A stretch of 64,000 nucleotides of DNA from Octopus sinensis (Eukaryota): positions 92,318,001 to 92,382,000 of the forward strand of contig NC_043006.1 of assembly GCF_006345805.1 (NCBI RefSeq). Direction: 5' to 3'. Numbering within the stretch: the first letter of the stretch is position 1; every line of letters begins with the position of its first letter. Below the pieces are notes generated by a model that was given only the letters and a program-made list of their open reading frames with translations, was not told the DNA's origin and made no database searches. Shown here piece after piece: positions 26,661-37,310 of the stretch. Both the position numbers and the translations under genes were made by a program.

Positions 26661-27273
26661 GCCGAGTGCTGGGATCTTAATTTAGGAGCCCTTAATTGTA
26701 TAACTACATGAATAATATTTTTCTATATGAATAATATTTTTGTCTTATGACTAATTCGTCTTTTGTGCTGGGCACCTGGTAGTAAATAATATTACTACCC
26801 TTCTTGTTTATATTCGCATATTACATGATGGATTTATTCGTAAAATTCTTCCCGGCATGCCCGATACTGCCGTGTAAGGTTTTGCGTCTGCGCAGAGATT
26901 TGAAAAGTTAAGATCTGCTAGTAGTCGGGTTCAACACATGGTCCCACATCGCTGCAGACCTCGATTAAATTTAGGCGACTCGCTGATGAAGCTAGCCTTA
27001 GCAAACATATTCTGTGTTTTGCTAGAAAGAAGCAGAAACCGCGGTTCGAGTTGTAAAAGTTATCGGTAAACGTTTTTGATTTTCACTCTCGATAAATTCA
27101 TCCCCATTTTGTGTTCCCAGCACCCGGCATCTTAATTTAGGAGCCCTTAATTGTATAACTACATGAATAATATTTTTCTATATGAATATTTTTGTCTTAT
27201 GACTAATTCGTCTTTTGTGCTGGGCACCTGGTAGTAAATAATATTACTACCTTTCTTGTTTATATTCGCATAT
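26661..27273 (+). mobile_element. Retrozyme-like non-coding unit with ~145-bp direct repeats and central HHR
   Basis: Near-identical direct repeats at 26674-26821 and 27129-27273 (period 455 bp). 13-bp inverted segment GCCGAGTGCTGGG (26661-26673) / CCCAGCACCCGGC (27116-27128). TA tracts on both sides. Confidence 0.8.
26975..27054 (+). ncRNA. Type-I hammerhead ribozyme with extended stem II
   Basis: Stem I GCGACUCG/CGAGUUGU, CUGAUGA at 26983-26989, stem II GCU/AGC extended by UAGCAAA/UUUGCUA, GAAA at 27035-27038, palindromic stem III ACCGCGGU, GUU triplet. Confidence 0.75.
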
Positions 27274-27394
27274 ATATATATATATATATATATACCGGAG
27301 TAAGCACATAAATGTGAAACAAGGTGGAAAAAAGAGCACTCAAATACCAGAGGTAGAGTAACATGATTTATTTAAAAGCAGCAAAAATATAACG

Positions 27395-27440
27395 AAAACT
27401 GTTACTCAGAGTTTCACGTTCCCGTTCATCGGACAGTTTT
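27395..27440 (-). ncRNA. Hammerhead ribozyme variant (CCGAUGA core)
   Basis: AAAACUGU-CCGAUGA-ACG(GGAA)CGU-GAAA-CUC(U)GAG-UA-ACAGUUUU; perfect 8-bp stem I, GUA triplet, U4C core change. Confidence 0.65.
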
Positions 27441-27446
27441 GGTAAC

Positions 27447-27493
27447 AAAACTGTCCGACGAACGGGAAAGTGAAACTCTGAGTAATAGCTTTT
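27447..27493 (+). ncRNA. Mutated inverted copy of the 27395-27440 hammerhead
   Basis: AAAACUGU-CCGACGA-ACGGGAAAGU-GAAA-CUCUGAG-UA-AUAGCUUU; substitutions in stems I and II. Confidence 0.55.
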
Positions 27494-27520
27494 GTTATAT
27501 TTCTGCTGTTTTTAAATATA

Positions 27521-27580
<60 letters not shown>

Positions 27581-27659
27581 TATATATATATATGTGTTTG
27601 TGTGTGTGTGTGTGTGTTATAAATAACATGAGACCACAAAGCCAAGGCTGCGTGGAATC

Positions 27660-27930
27660 TTCAGAACATCTATTGAGCGAAAGTTAGTCTTACAGGTGTT
27701 CCTGGTATATTAGGGATATCCTTTCATCAGAGGCGATGTGAGATGGTTAAATAGAGGGAAATAGGAAGTATAAAGGGAAATAAGAGAATAAAAGTAAAAG
27801 TAACAATATATGGAGGGTGTTGTAGCTGCAGTTTCATTATCCAAGGAAAGTGGTGTGTAGAATGGGTAGAAATGCGTCTTGTCCATGGTATGCAAATTCC
27901 AATAGGAGTTCATATTTTGTCATTACAAAT
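27660..27930 (-). mobile_element. PLE pseudo-LTR-like relic with degenerate HHR
   Basis: Minus strand CTGATGA (27724-27730)-AAGGGATATCCCT...GGAACACCTGTAAGA; GAAA and stem III decayed. Confidence 0.45.
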
Positions 27931-28520
27931 GGAAAGTGTGGAGACGTAGATTCTATTTGCTGTTGATTCAAAGGACCCTTGTGGTATACATATATATGTA
28001 TATTTATATATACATATGCAGAGAGAAAGGGAAAGAGAGACCAGTGTAATTCAGACCACAAATGTAGAACCGGAATATACATAAATATAGATCACTAGAC
28101 AGACAGACAGGCAGAAGGATAAATAGATAGATAGATAGATATACTTTTTGTTGTGTCTTGAAATGGTCATTACGCCATCATTACAATCTCATAACTACAT
28201 CATTAATCCCAATCTTATCACGGAAATTTGCCACAATTAAATTTATGTATAAGGAGATGCATGCTGCAAACAGTAACATCCGTGTAAGAACCTTGGGAAG
28301 GTTACTTCACACGCAGTGGTCCAGTATAATTTCGTTATTTGTTAGTCAATCGGCCACATATCTAACCAATCTAACTGCCTTCGATCTTGTGTCTTCTGAC
28401 TACAATGCACTTGTATCGCTACAACCACTTTCTGAATTATCCACGAAGGTCCACCAGAGTGAAGATGTGTATGTGTGTGTGTGCGTGTGTGTGTATGTGT
28501 GCGTGCTACTGGGAGAGAGA

Positions 28521-28557
<37 letters not shown>

Positions 28558-29085
28558 GATGAGGAAGATACATAGCTTGAGACAACGTTAAATTCCTACA
28601 CATTTCAAACTTTGAAGAATTTTACGTAAATAAATATAATCAGTGATAATAGCAGACTTTTATTAGGGACAGTGGTAACAACACGGAATATGCACAGCGT
28701 TTCACATCTATTTGCTGCTTGAATTCTGTATTTTAACATCCCTAATTACAGCCCTTATTACAGACGTGTGGTCGACAGACCTCAGACCACATCCCGAGAC
28801 GTTCATTTTACGATTATTATCTATCGGCAGTTTCACATCAAAGGCAACAGCAATCGAGACGAAATTCGAGTAATTAAGGAATGAGACTGTTGGATGCTGG
28901 TTATTGAGAATAATTGCGGCCCTTGGGCTTTGTAGAGTTTCTTTTGTCCGGACATTTAATTTATGATTGATCTGGGTTCCACTATAAATTATTCTTAATT
29001 ATCCTACGTACAGACATTTTTCTATTTGAACAACTTAGCAGCCCTCCCAACAGTTGCACATCTAAAGAATTCTTCCACAGTCGGT

Positions 29086-29640
<555 letters not shown>

Positions 29641-30613
29641 ATGACCGAAACTAGTCAAAGATAAAAAATAAACGAAGTCCCTATCAAATTCTTCCCTGGA
29701 AAATATCTTTTAATCATTTGCAGCGGACTTATGCGGAAGCGCTATATATAAATACTAATAATACTTAATAGACTTCTATGCATTATTGACATATTATGAC
29801 ATTATTTATGATTTGTAATTATGCATAAATTATTTTAATCATTTATGGAAACTATTTATTAATTATCTAATAATTGTAATTCTTAATTATGCAAATAGCT
29901 ATTATTTCCATCTTTAATTGCTATATCTATGCGTGGCCCATATTTTGCTATTTTAGCCGTATAATTATTCAGATATTACAAACTACTGGTGAGTTTTTGA
30001 AAAGCAGACGACAGGAAAATGATTTTATTAATATTTATTTCCTTTCCCATAGTTGCTCTTTATATTAATTATCTTTTAATTGGCAACATTTTCCAAGGAG
30101 CAATTATCCAGGAAAACTACCTTACAGTAGAAGGATGAAATATAAACATTTTAGCGGATTTGAACACATGATCCCAAAGCGTATCGATAACGTGTTATGG
30201 CTTGAAGCATGCTCACCTTATTTGTAAGTTTAATTGTGGTAAATTTCTGTGATATACAAGATTGGGATTAATTAAGTAGTTATCTACCTACAAGTGGAAT
30301 ACTTGTACAGATGTTTCTTATTGTTTCAGGCATATTTTTATGTTTTTCTTTCTGTTGTTGGAGATATTGAACTGTGGCCATGATGAGACACCACCTCAAA
30401 TAAATTTTAGTCGAATAAATCGAACGCAGTACAGCTTTAAGCCTGGTACTTATTCTATCAGGCACCTTTGCCGAACCGCTAATTCATGGGGACTTAAACA
30501 TCAACTTCATTTGTCAAATGGTGGTGATGGAATACACACACAAACTTTCTCTCTCTCTCTTTCTCTCTCTCTCCCTCTTAGACACATACACACTCATATG
30601 TATGTATATACAC

Positions 30614-30639
<26 letters not shown>

Positions 30640-30646
<7 letters not shown>

Positions 30647-30845
30647 ATTGAGGTAATCAGATCAGATGGTTCATATTTGTAGATATTTATTTATATATTA
30701 CATTTTTTACATATATATCATATCATATCATTCGGATTTCGGATTAGCGCTTGCTCCCATTCTAGTGGGCTTTTCAAATCAAATCAGTTGTGGGAAGTTT
30801 GAACATTTTATAGTTTTGTAGTAGTGGGTGAGGAGGAAGTGAGAC
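30640..30845 (-). mobile_element. TA-tract-associated repeat, second copy of the 11098-11345 family
   Basis: Homologous to 11098-11345; follows a (TA)n run. Confidence 0.6.
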
Positions 30846-30869
30846 AGAGAAAAAATGTGTGTATGTGTA

Positions 30870-30900
<31 letters not shown>

Positions 30901-30918
30901 GTGTATATATATATATAC

Positions 30919-31081
30919 GATGGGCTTCTTTTAGTTTCTGTCTAACAAATCCACGCACAATACATTTGTCGGCCAAAGGAAATAATAGAAAACACATGCT
31001 TAAGGTGGCACACAGTGGGACTGAAGCCGGATCCAGGAAGTTGAAAAGCAAACTTTTTACCTCAAAGCCATACCTCCACCT
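30919..31081 (-). mobile_element. SINE family A head fragment
   Basis: GTGGGACTGAAGCC and AAATCCAC match the reverse of the family A head. Confidence 0.65.
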
Positions 31082-31320
31082 AGTATCAAGTCATATATAA
31101 ACTTCCCCCACAGATTGTTGGTATTTAATAAATATGAACTACAATGGTTTTTTCGTAAGAACTAGATTTATAGAATTCAGTAAAAACGCACAATTTTGTA
31201 AAAACTCAATTCTGTAAAAACGTCGATTTTTGCAGTTCGCAGTAAAAATGTACATGATGTTTGTTTATAAAAACAACACTATGAACTCAGTATAGCTCTA
31301 AAATCTGACGGATGTAAGCC

Positions 31321-31390
31321 AGGGGTACGTTGGTGTAATGGTACCAAACTTGTGAAAACACAACGCTGTGGGTTCGATTCCTAGCGAACA
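31321..31390 (+). pseudogene. tRNA-like sequence (decayed tRNA or SINE head)
   Basis: TGGTGTAATGG (A box) and GGTTCGATTCC (B box) at tRNA spacing; TTGTG/CACAA arm with a shortened loop. Not a complete cloverleaf. Confidence 0.5.
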
Positions 31391-31866
31391 GAAACCTTTC
31401 TGTTTTCCGTCGAGGGGCTTACATACCTCAATATTCGACTATTTCTTTAGTCATTACGCGCTGATCACTTAGCACCTGATAATATATATATTGTTGTTGG
31501 CATCCTTTTTGTCTCGGGAGACAATGGAGTTGCGCATAAAGTAGTCTAGTCCGGCTTTTACATTTCATGTCCTGATACATTTCCTGCTGTGGCTGTGTAG
31601 TCCTATCCTGGACAAACACTCCCTCTGGCAGGTACCGCAAATGTAACGAAGACTGTTCCTGGCTGGTTGTAGTGTCATAGTTTCTTGTTGATGTCTTTTC
31701 TTGTCTTTCCATTTCTCCTCTCTCTCTCACTGTCACTCCTTTGTATTCCCTCTCTTACGGTACGTCGCCAATCTCCACGGTTGCCGGCAACTGCTTCCCA
31801 ACTGCTAATATTGATGTTGCAGGCCTTCATGTCCCTTTTGCAAACATCCCTGTAACGTAAGATCGG

Positions 31867-33519
31867 TCAACCCACAGACCTAGCACCCCTAGCAAGCTCT
31901 CCGTAGAGTATGTCCTTGGGGATTCTGCCAGCTTTCATGCGGCTAACATGCCCAAGCCATCTCATACGTCTTTGTGTGAGGAGTGCAAACATGATTGGTA
32001 TTCCTGCTTGCTTGAGGACATCTTTGTTGGGTATATGATTCTGCCATTTGATGCGGAGGATTTTCCGGAGGCAGCGCAGGTGAAAGATGTTTAGGCGACG
32101 CTCTTGGTGTGTGTATAGCGTCCAAGTCTCACTTCGATACAGTAGAGTTCTAAGTACACATGCCTGGTAGATCTTCATTTTCGTGGTCTTGGTCAGCTTA
32201 TTGTTGTCCCAAGCCCGTTTGGAGAGTTGGGCCATCGCAGCAGCTGCCTTGCCAATGCGTATATTGAGCTCAGCGTCAAGGGATAGGTTGTAGGTGACGG
32301 TAGAGCCAAGATAGGTAAACTTCTCCACCTCTTGTAATCTGTGGTCTCCAATATGTATGTTTGGGATGTCCGATGTAGACTGACCCATGATGTTGGTCTT
32401 CTTAAGGCTGATAGCTAAGCCAAAGTCGTTACATGCTTGCTCAAAACAGTTAATGAGCCTTTGGAGGGCTTCTTCTGTGTGTGATACCAGAGCGGCATCA
32501 TCAGCAAATAGCATCTCCTTGATCAGGACGTTTCTGATTTTGGTCTTGGCACGCAGGCGCGAGAGATTGAACTGTTTCCCGTCACTTCTACTGTGCAGAA
32601 ACACTCCATCATCTGATGTCTGAAAGGCATGTGAGAGTAAGAACGAGAAGAAGATGCCAAACAATGTAGGAACGAGGACACAACCTTGCTTTACCCCGTT
32701 TTTTATTTGGAAGGCGGCTGATGTTGAACCATTGTGCTGTATGGTGCCTTGCATATCATCACGGAAGGACTTCATGATCCTCAGCAGCTTTGGTGGACAT
32801 CCGATTTTTTGGAGCAGGATGAAGAGGCCTGTTCTGCTTACCGAGTCAAAGGTCTTTGTTAGATCAATGAAGGTCATATATAATGGCATTTTCTGCTCTC
32901 TGGACTTCTCCTGAAGTTGGCGTATGGAGAATATCATATCGATAGTTGATCTGCTTCTTCTAAAGCCACACTGCGATTCCGGATAGATTCGAGAAGCAAG
33001 TAGTTGTAGCCTGGCCAGGATAACGCGGGCAAAGGTCTTTCCAACAGTGCTTAGAAGAGATATTCCACGGTAATTGTTACAATCACCACGGTCACCTTTG
33101 TTTTTGTAAAGCGTTATGATGTTAGCATCCCGCATATCCTGAGGGACTGTACCCTCTTGCCAGCACTGACACAGAAGCTCATGAAGGTGCCGAAGCAGGA
33201 TGGTGTTTTTGCTGGCTTTGATGATCTCTGAGGGGATGCCGTCTTTTCCCGGAGCCTTATTTCTTGCTAGGGAGTCAACAGCCTTGGTGAGCTCTGCTAT
33301 AGATGGCGGACTGTCAAGTTCGCACATGACTGGCAAGATCTTGACACTCTCGACTGCAGCCTCAGCCACTGTAGTCTCCTGTGAGTAGAGATCTTGGCAG
33401 TGCTCCACCCATCTATCCATTTGCTTGCCTTGATCCCTGATGAGATCTCCAGTAGTTGATTTCAGAGGGGCTGACTTGGTTGCGGATGGACCGAGGGCCT
33501 TCTTCAAACCGGCATACAT
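31867..33519 (-). pseudogene. RTE reverse transcriptase region
   Basis: 550-aa ORF with YKNKGDRGDCNNYRGISLLS, QCGFR, FIDLTKTFDSV, GVKQGC, FADD and FTYLGS. The premature TGA at 31867-31869 replaces the CGA of GRP; the frame continues PILRYRDVCKRDMK to ~31570. Confidence 0.95.
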
Positions 33520-33899
33520 CCCACAGGTGTCGCCCCTGTCAGCAGCTGACTGGATACTCTGACAGATTTCCTGCCAATACCTATTTGCACAGCGTCTGGC
33601 TGTCAGTTGGGTTTAATTTCGTGCCTTTCTGAGTTCTTCGAATGACTTTGTAGAAGAGTCACTCTTGTATTGCATCAGAGCTGCACGCTTTGCTTCGATA
33701 ACTGGCTCCAGCTTTGAGAGCCCAGCATTGAACCAATCTGGGTTTTGCCTTTCTCTCATGCCGAAAGTATCTGTTCCACCTACTTTCAGCAGAGGAGGTT
33801 GGGCAGCTACTGAGGGCAACCTTGATAGAAGCAGCAAAACATTTTCGCAGTGTAGGGTCCGAGGTTCTGGCGGTGTTGATACGTGGTCGGCCCACTTTC

Positions 33900-34690
33900 T
33901 TGGAGCGATGGACTTTTTTAGACAGAATCATCACCCTACTTCTAATTAGTGAGTGGTCTGCGTCACAATCCGCGCAGTGGTAACTGCGGGTCAATAGTAA
34001 TGATGAGATCCAGCTGATGCCAGTGGTGAGATCTTGGATGTCTCCAGGATGCATTGTGGGATGGCTTGTTGGTAAAGAATGTGTTTGTGATGCACAGGTT
34101 GTGGTACGTGCAGAATTCGAGTAGTCTCTGACCATTGTCATTCATGTTGCCAATACCAAAGTGTCCAACACAAATGGGCTACGAATCATGGTCAGATCCC
34201 ACGCGAGCGTTAAAATCCCATAGAAGGTAGATATTTTCAGTCGTTGGTATATTTTCTATGACACAGTTGAGATCTTTGTAGAACTGGTCCTTGGTCTCCT
34301 CTGAGCTGTAGAGAGTGGGAGCTTAGATGCTGAGTAGATGTTCTGAACCAGAAGAAGTCGAGAGGCGCAGTGAGAGGATACGCTCATTGCCCCCTGATGG
34401 TGGTTCTATTGAGGAAAGTAATGAGTTTCTCACTGCAAAGCCAACGCCATGTTGACGAGGTTCTACTGGATCGCTTCCCTGCCAAAAGAAGGTGAAATCC
34501 TGCTCTTTGAGTTTGCCGTTTGAGGGAAGTCTTGTCTCCTGTAGCCCAGCAATGTCTATGTTGAGCCTCTTTAGTTCACGGTCAATGATGGCCGTTTTCC
34601 TTGTGTCTTCAACCCTGAGTAGATCATCAGATTTTCCAGGGCACATGGTCCTGACATTCCAGCTTGCCAACGGCAGGACTGGTGGTTTCT
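33900..34690 (-). pseudogene. RTE apurinic-like endonuclease region (stops and frameshifts)
   Basis: ORF pieces 34323-34670, 33963-34145 and 33659-34141 carry APE motifs (SWNVRT, LQETRL, HGVGFAV, NGQRLLEFC, DH). Confidence 0.9.
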
Positions 34691-35279
34691 TGACTTTTAG
34701 TTGTTTGCCTGGTGCAGAGATTGCAGGCCGTTTTTCAAGTCATACTCTTAGCTCCAAGCACCCAATGAATCAGGCGGCCTGTGGCGGGTCAGCACCTTAT
34801 TAACTGGGGGCTGCCCAGCTTGAGGTGAGCAGTAGCTAACTAATAGGACACGGAGCTCCCTCCCACCGTCAGAGGTAACCCGTAGCGCCCATATTTTATG
34901 CCAATCTGAATGGACTTATCACTCGTGACTGTTAAATCCCGTGTTGTTTCTGCAGCTTTTTACAGCAGCACTGAAGTGTCCTCTCCAGTTTTGCGCAGGC
35001 CTGGGCTGGAGATAAGAAAGTCCTGGGTAGCCCATTCGTCAGAGCATTACGTTTGACACCAGCTTGGTTGCAGGAGCTGCCGGAAGAGTGTCGAGTCGAA
35101 CACTAAACCGGCTCGGATTTCTTTGAAGGTTGTCTCCTTTCCGTAACCCTGGATAGGGGCCCATACCGGGTACTGTCACCCGGAGCCAGCTGAGCCCGGA
35201 ACTCGTGTCAGGCAGGGTCGTCACTCCCTGAAGTAGTGAAGAAGTTCGCTACCCACTACCTTTGATAATATTATATATA

Positions 35280-35321
<42 letters not shown>

Positions 35322-35610
35322 TATATATATAATATATATATATATATGTATGTATACACTAGAGTCGTCTCCGATCAGCGAAGTGTTATATAATTGGATT
35401 GTTAACACTCTTTACACGAACCGATTGGTAAGACCAACCGTGATGGATACTTAATACAATGAAATTCGGATGAGGTCTATATATTTCAACTGCTAAAAGG
35501 TAAACTGACTGCTGTTACCGTAGACAAAATTTTCCATATCTGTTCTCTTTGGCCATCGATATTTCTAGCTCCTTAGCTATTATCAATGGAAAATACCTAA
35601 AAAAGACGAT

Positions 35611-35752
35611 TCTGAACAGATCTTACAAAGCTATAACTTTATCTAAAATGCAGTCAACAACGTTGATTGTTTTTGCTCCAGTAGACCGCCATGTCGTGCA
35701 AATTACCGAATGTACTTTAGATAAAGCTATAACTCTATAAGATCTGTTCAGA
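35611..35752. repeat. 37-bp inverted repeat enclosing a 68-bp spacer
   Basis: Arms 35611-35647 and 35716-35752 are 33/37 complementary. Confidence 0.85.
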
Positions 35753-35980
35753 GTTGCCTCGCTATGGAACTTGAAATAACGATATCTGAGAATCCTTATA
35801 GATGGCGATACTGATAAGATACGGTGTTTTACACCTTTTTACCTTAACAGATTTTCTCTACGGTAACTACTGGGAATTTGCCATTTAGCAGTTGAAATAT
35901 GTAACAAACATATTCTAACTCATTTAAACATTGTTTTTTTTTGTCTTAGTTTTACAGCATACTTATATATTTCAGTTTAA

Positions 35981-36095
35981 CCTCTACGAAATTCATACAC
36001 AAGGCCTTGGTCGGCCTGGGGCTATAAGAGAAGACACTTTCCTAATGTACCATTGAGTGGAGTTGAATCATATGGTTGGAAGCAAAGTTTTCATG
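35981..36095 (-). mobile_element. SINE family A head fragment
   Basis: CAAGGCCTTGGTCGGCCTGGGGCTATAAGAGAAGACACTT is the reverse of the family A sequence. Confidence 0.65.
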
Positions 36096-37059
36096 AGAAA
36101 CCTCGCTGTTGTCTTTGCTGTTCCCCCCCCCCATTACTTCTATTCACAATTCTCCGGTGAAGCTCAAGATTTCGCACAGCGTGATCATCATACACGGAGG
36201 CACTGAGGATGCGAAACGAATTCCTGAAACTTTTAGCCATCGATTTACCATGGTGCCACGAATTGAAAGAATGTCATTCTTTCCCTTTATTGTTTTGTAT
36301 CATTATACGTTCATTTACAGAAGTGAAATAGCGAGAAAAATATTTCGTTAGTTTGTTGACTCAATTGGTCGATGCAAGAGTCATTTGACCCAGATCACGT
36401 GATATCTTTAAGAACAACAATAAAGATAACTGTGTGAAACATTCAACAATCGATTTTTCATTACTACACTCACCTCATTAACCCTTATATATAAATTGCC
36501 AGCATGAAATACAATTACTATTTTCATTCTGAGACCTATCCAACGTGCCATATGTTCTCTTAATTATTTTCAATAACCTATAAATCGATTATATTTTCAA
36601 TAATATTACTGACAAATATTAAGAAAATAACAATTTTAGCTAAAACAATAATAAATAAAATAATTACAATAATAATAGTTTTTATGAGGATGTTAATATC
36701 TTATTTCACGAAAGGGTTTTCTTTTTTTAAACTAAGTGCTTATATTTTAGAATTTATTCTTTATTTTGAACGAACAATGTTAATTATAATGAACAACAAG
36801 TGTGGTTTAAAATGTATAACGTCTTTATTGGAGATTTTAGACTGGTAATTTCAACGTACGGAAGTAAATGAACAGTTCAGGCTCTCTAAACTCTGAATAA
36901 TAGATCGTGATATTCCTTGTGTAACGCGTTGGCGGTTTTTGCGTAACTCCACGTCGGTTCTTCTCGAGAAGTTTTTTGGTAGTTACTTTTTTCAGCCGAA
37001 TATCGAGGGGAAGCCTCGTGATTTGCTGTTTTACATGTTCCAAGTATGCCCTGACTCTA

Positions 37060-37310
37060 TTCCTCTGATAACTATATTCAAAAGGATTAAAGGTACCGAG
37101 CCATAGGTGCTAAGGCCAGCTTCTCGAATTATGCGGCGCATATATTCCTCCCATTGCTACATCGTACGGTTACTCATGTTTTACATATGAGTGGACTGGA
37201 GCAATATGAAGTGAATTGTTTGACTGAAGAACACAAAGCATTTCCTAGTCGAAGAATCGAAACCACAATCTTACGATGAAGTTTTAAGTACCCTCACCAC
37301 GATCCTACGT
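37060..37310 (-). mobile_element. Old SINE, family D-like
   Basis: GAGTGGACTGGAGCAA...GAAGAACACAA...GAATCGAAACC. Confidence 0.55.

Larger units (their letters stand above)
27295..27525. mobile_element. PLE-type element with ~72-bp-arm palindrome holding two divergent HHR motifs
   Basis: Arms ~27370-27441 and 27446-27517 around a GTAA loop; embedded in (TA)n. Confidence 0.8.
31491..35262 (-). mobile_element. Full-length RTE-clade LINE, inactivated
   Basis: About 0.5-kb 5' UTR, APE (LASWNVRT, GLQETR, DADH), RT (QGCVLVPTLF, LFADD), C-terminal CGTCQRECLSRIGLHSHSRKC, 3' tail GGATGCCAACAACAA. TSD TGATAATAT at 31477-31485 and 35263-35271. Confidence 0.95.

Noticed and set aside
26674-27273. Direct repeats as LTR retrotransposon LTRs or a CRISPR array
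   Set aside because: No TG...CA termini, PBS or PPT; only two long repeats; eukaryotic context.
34700-35262. HDV-like ribozyme in the RTE 5' UTR (known in some RTEs)
   Set aside because: Local hairpins exist (GAG-TTCCGGG-CTC; CCGGGT/ACCCGG), but I could not assemble P1, P2 and P1.1 in the required nested order. The CTGACGA near 35035 has no GAAA after its stem. A descriptor search would be needed.
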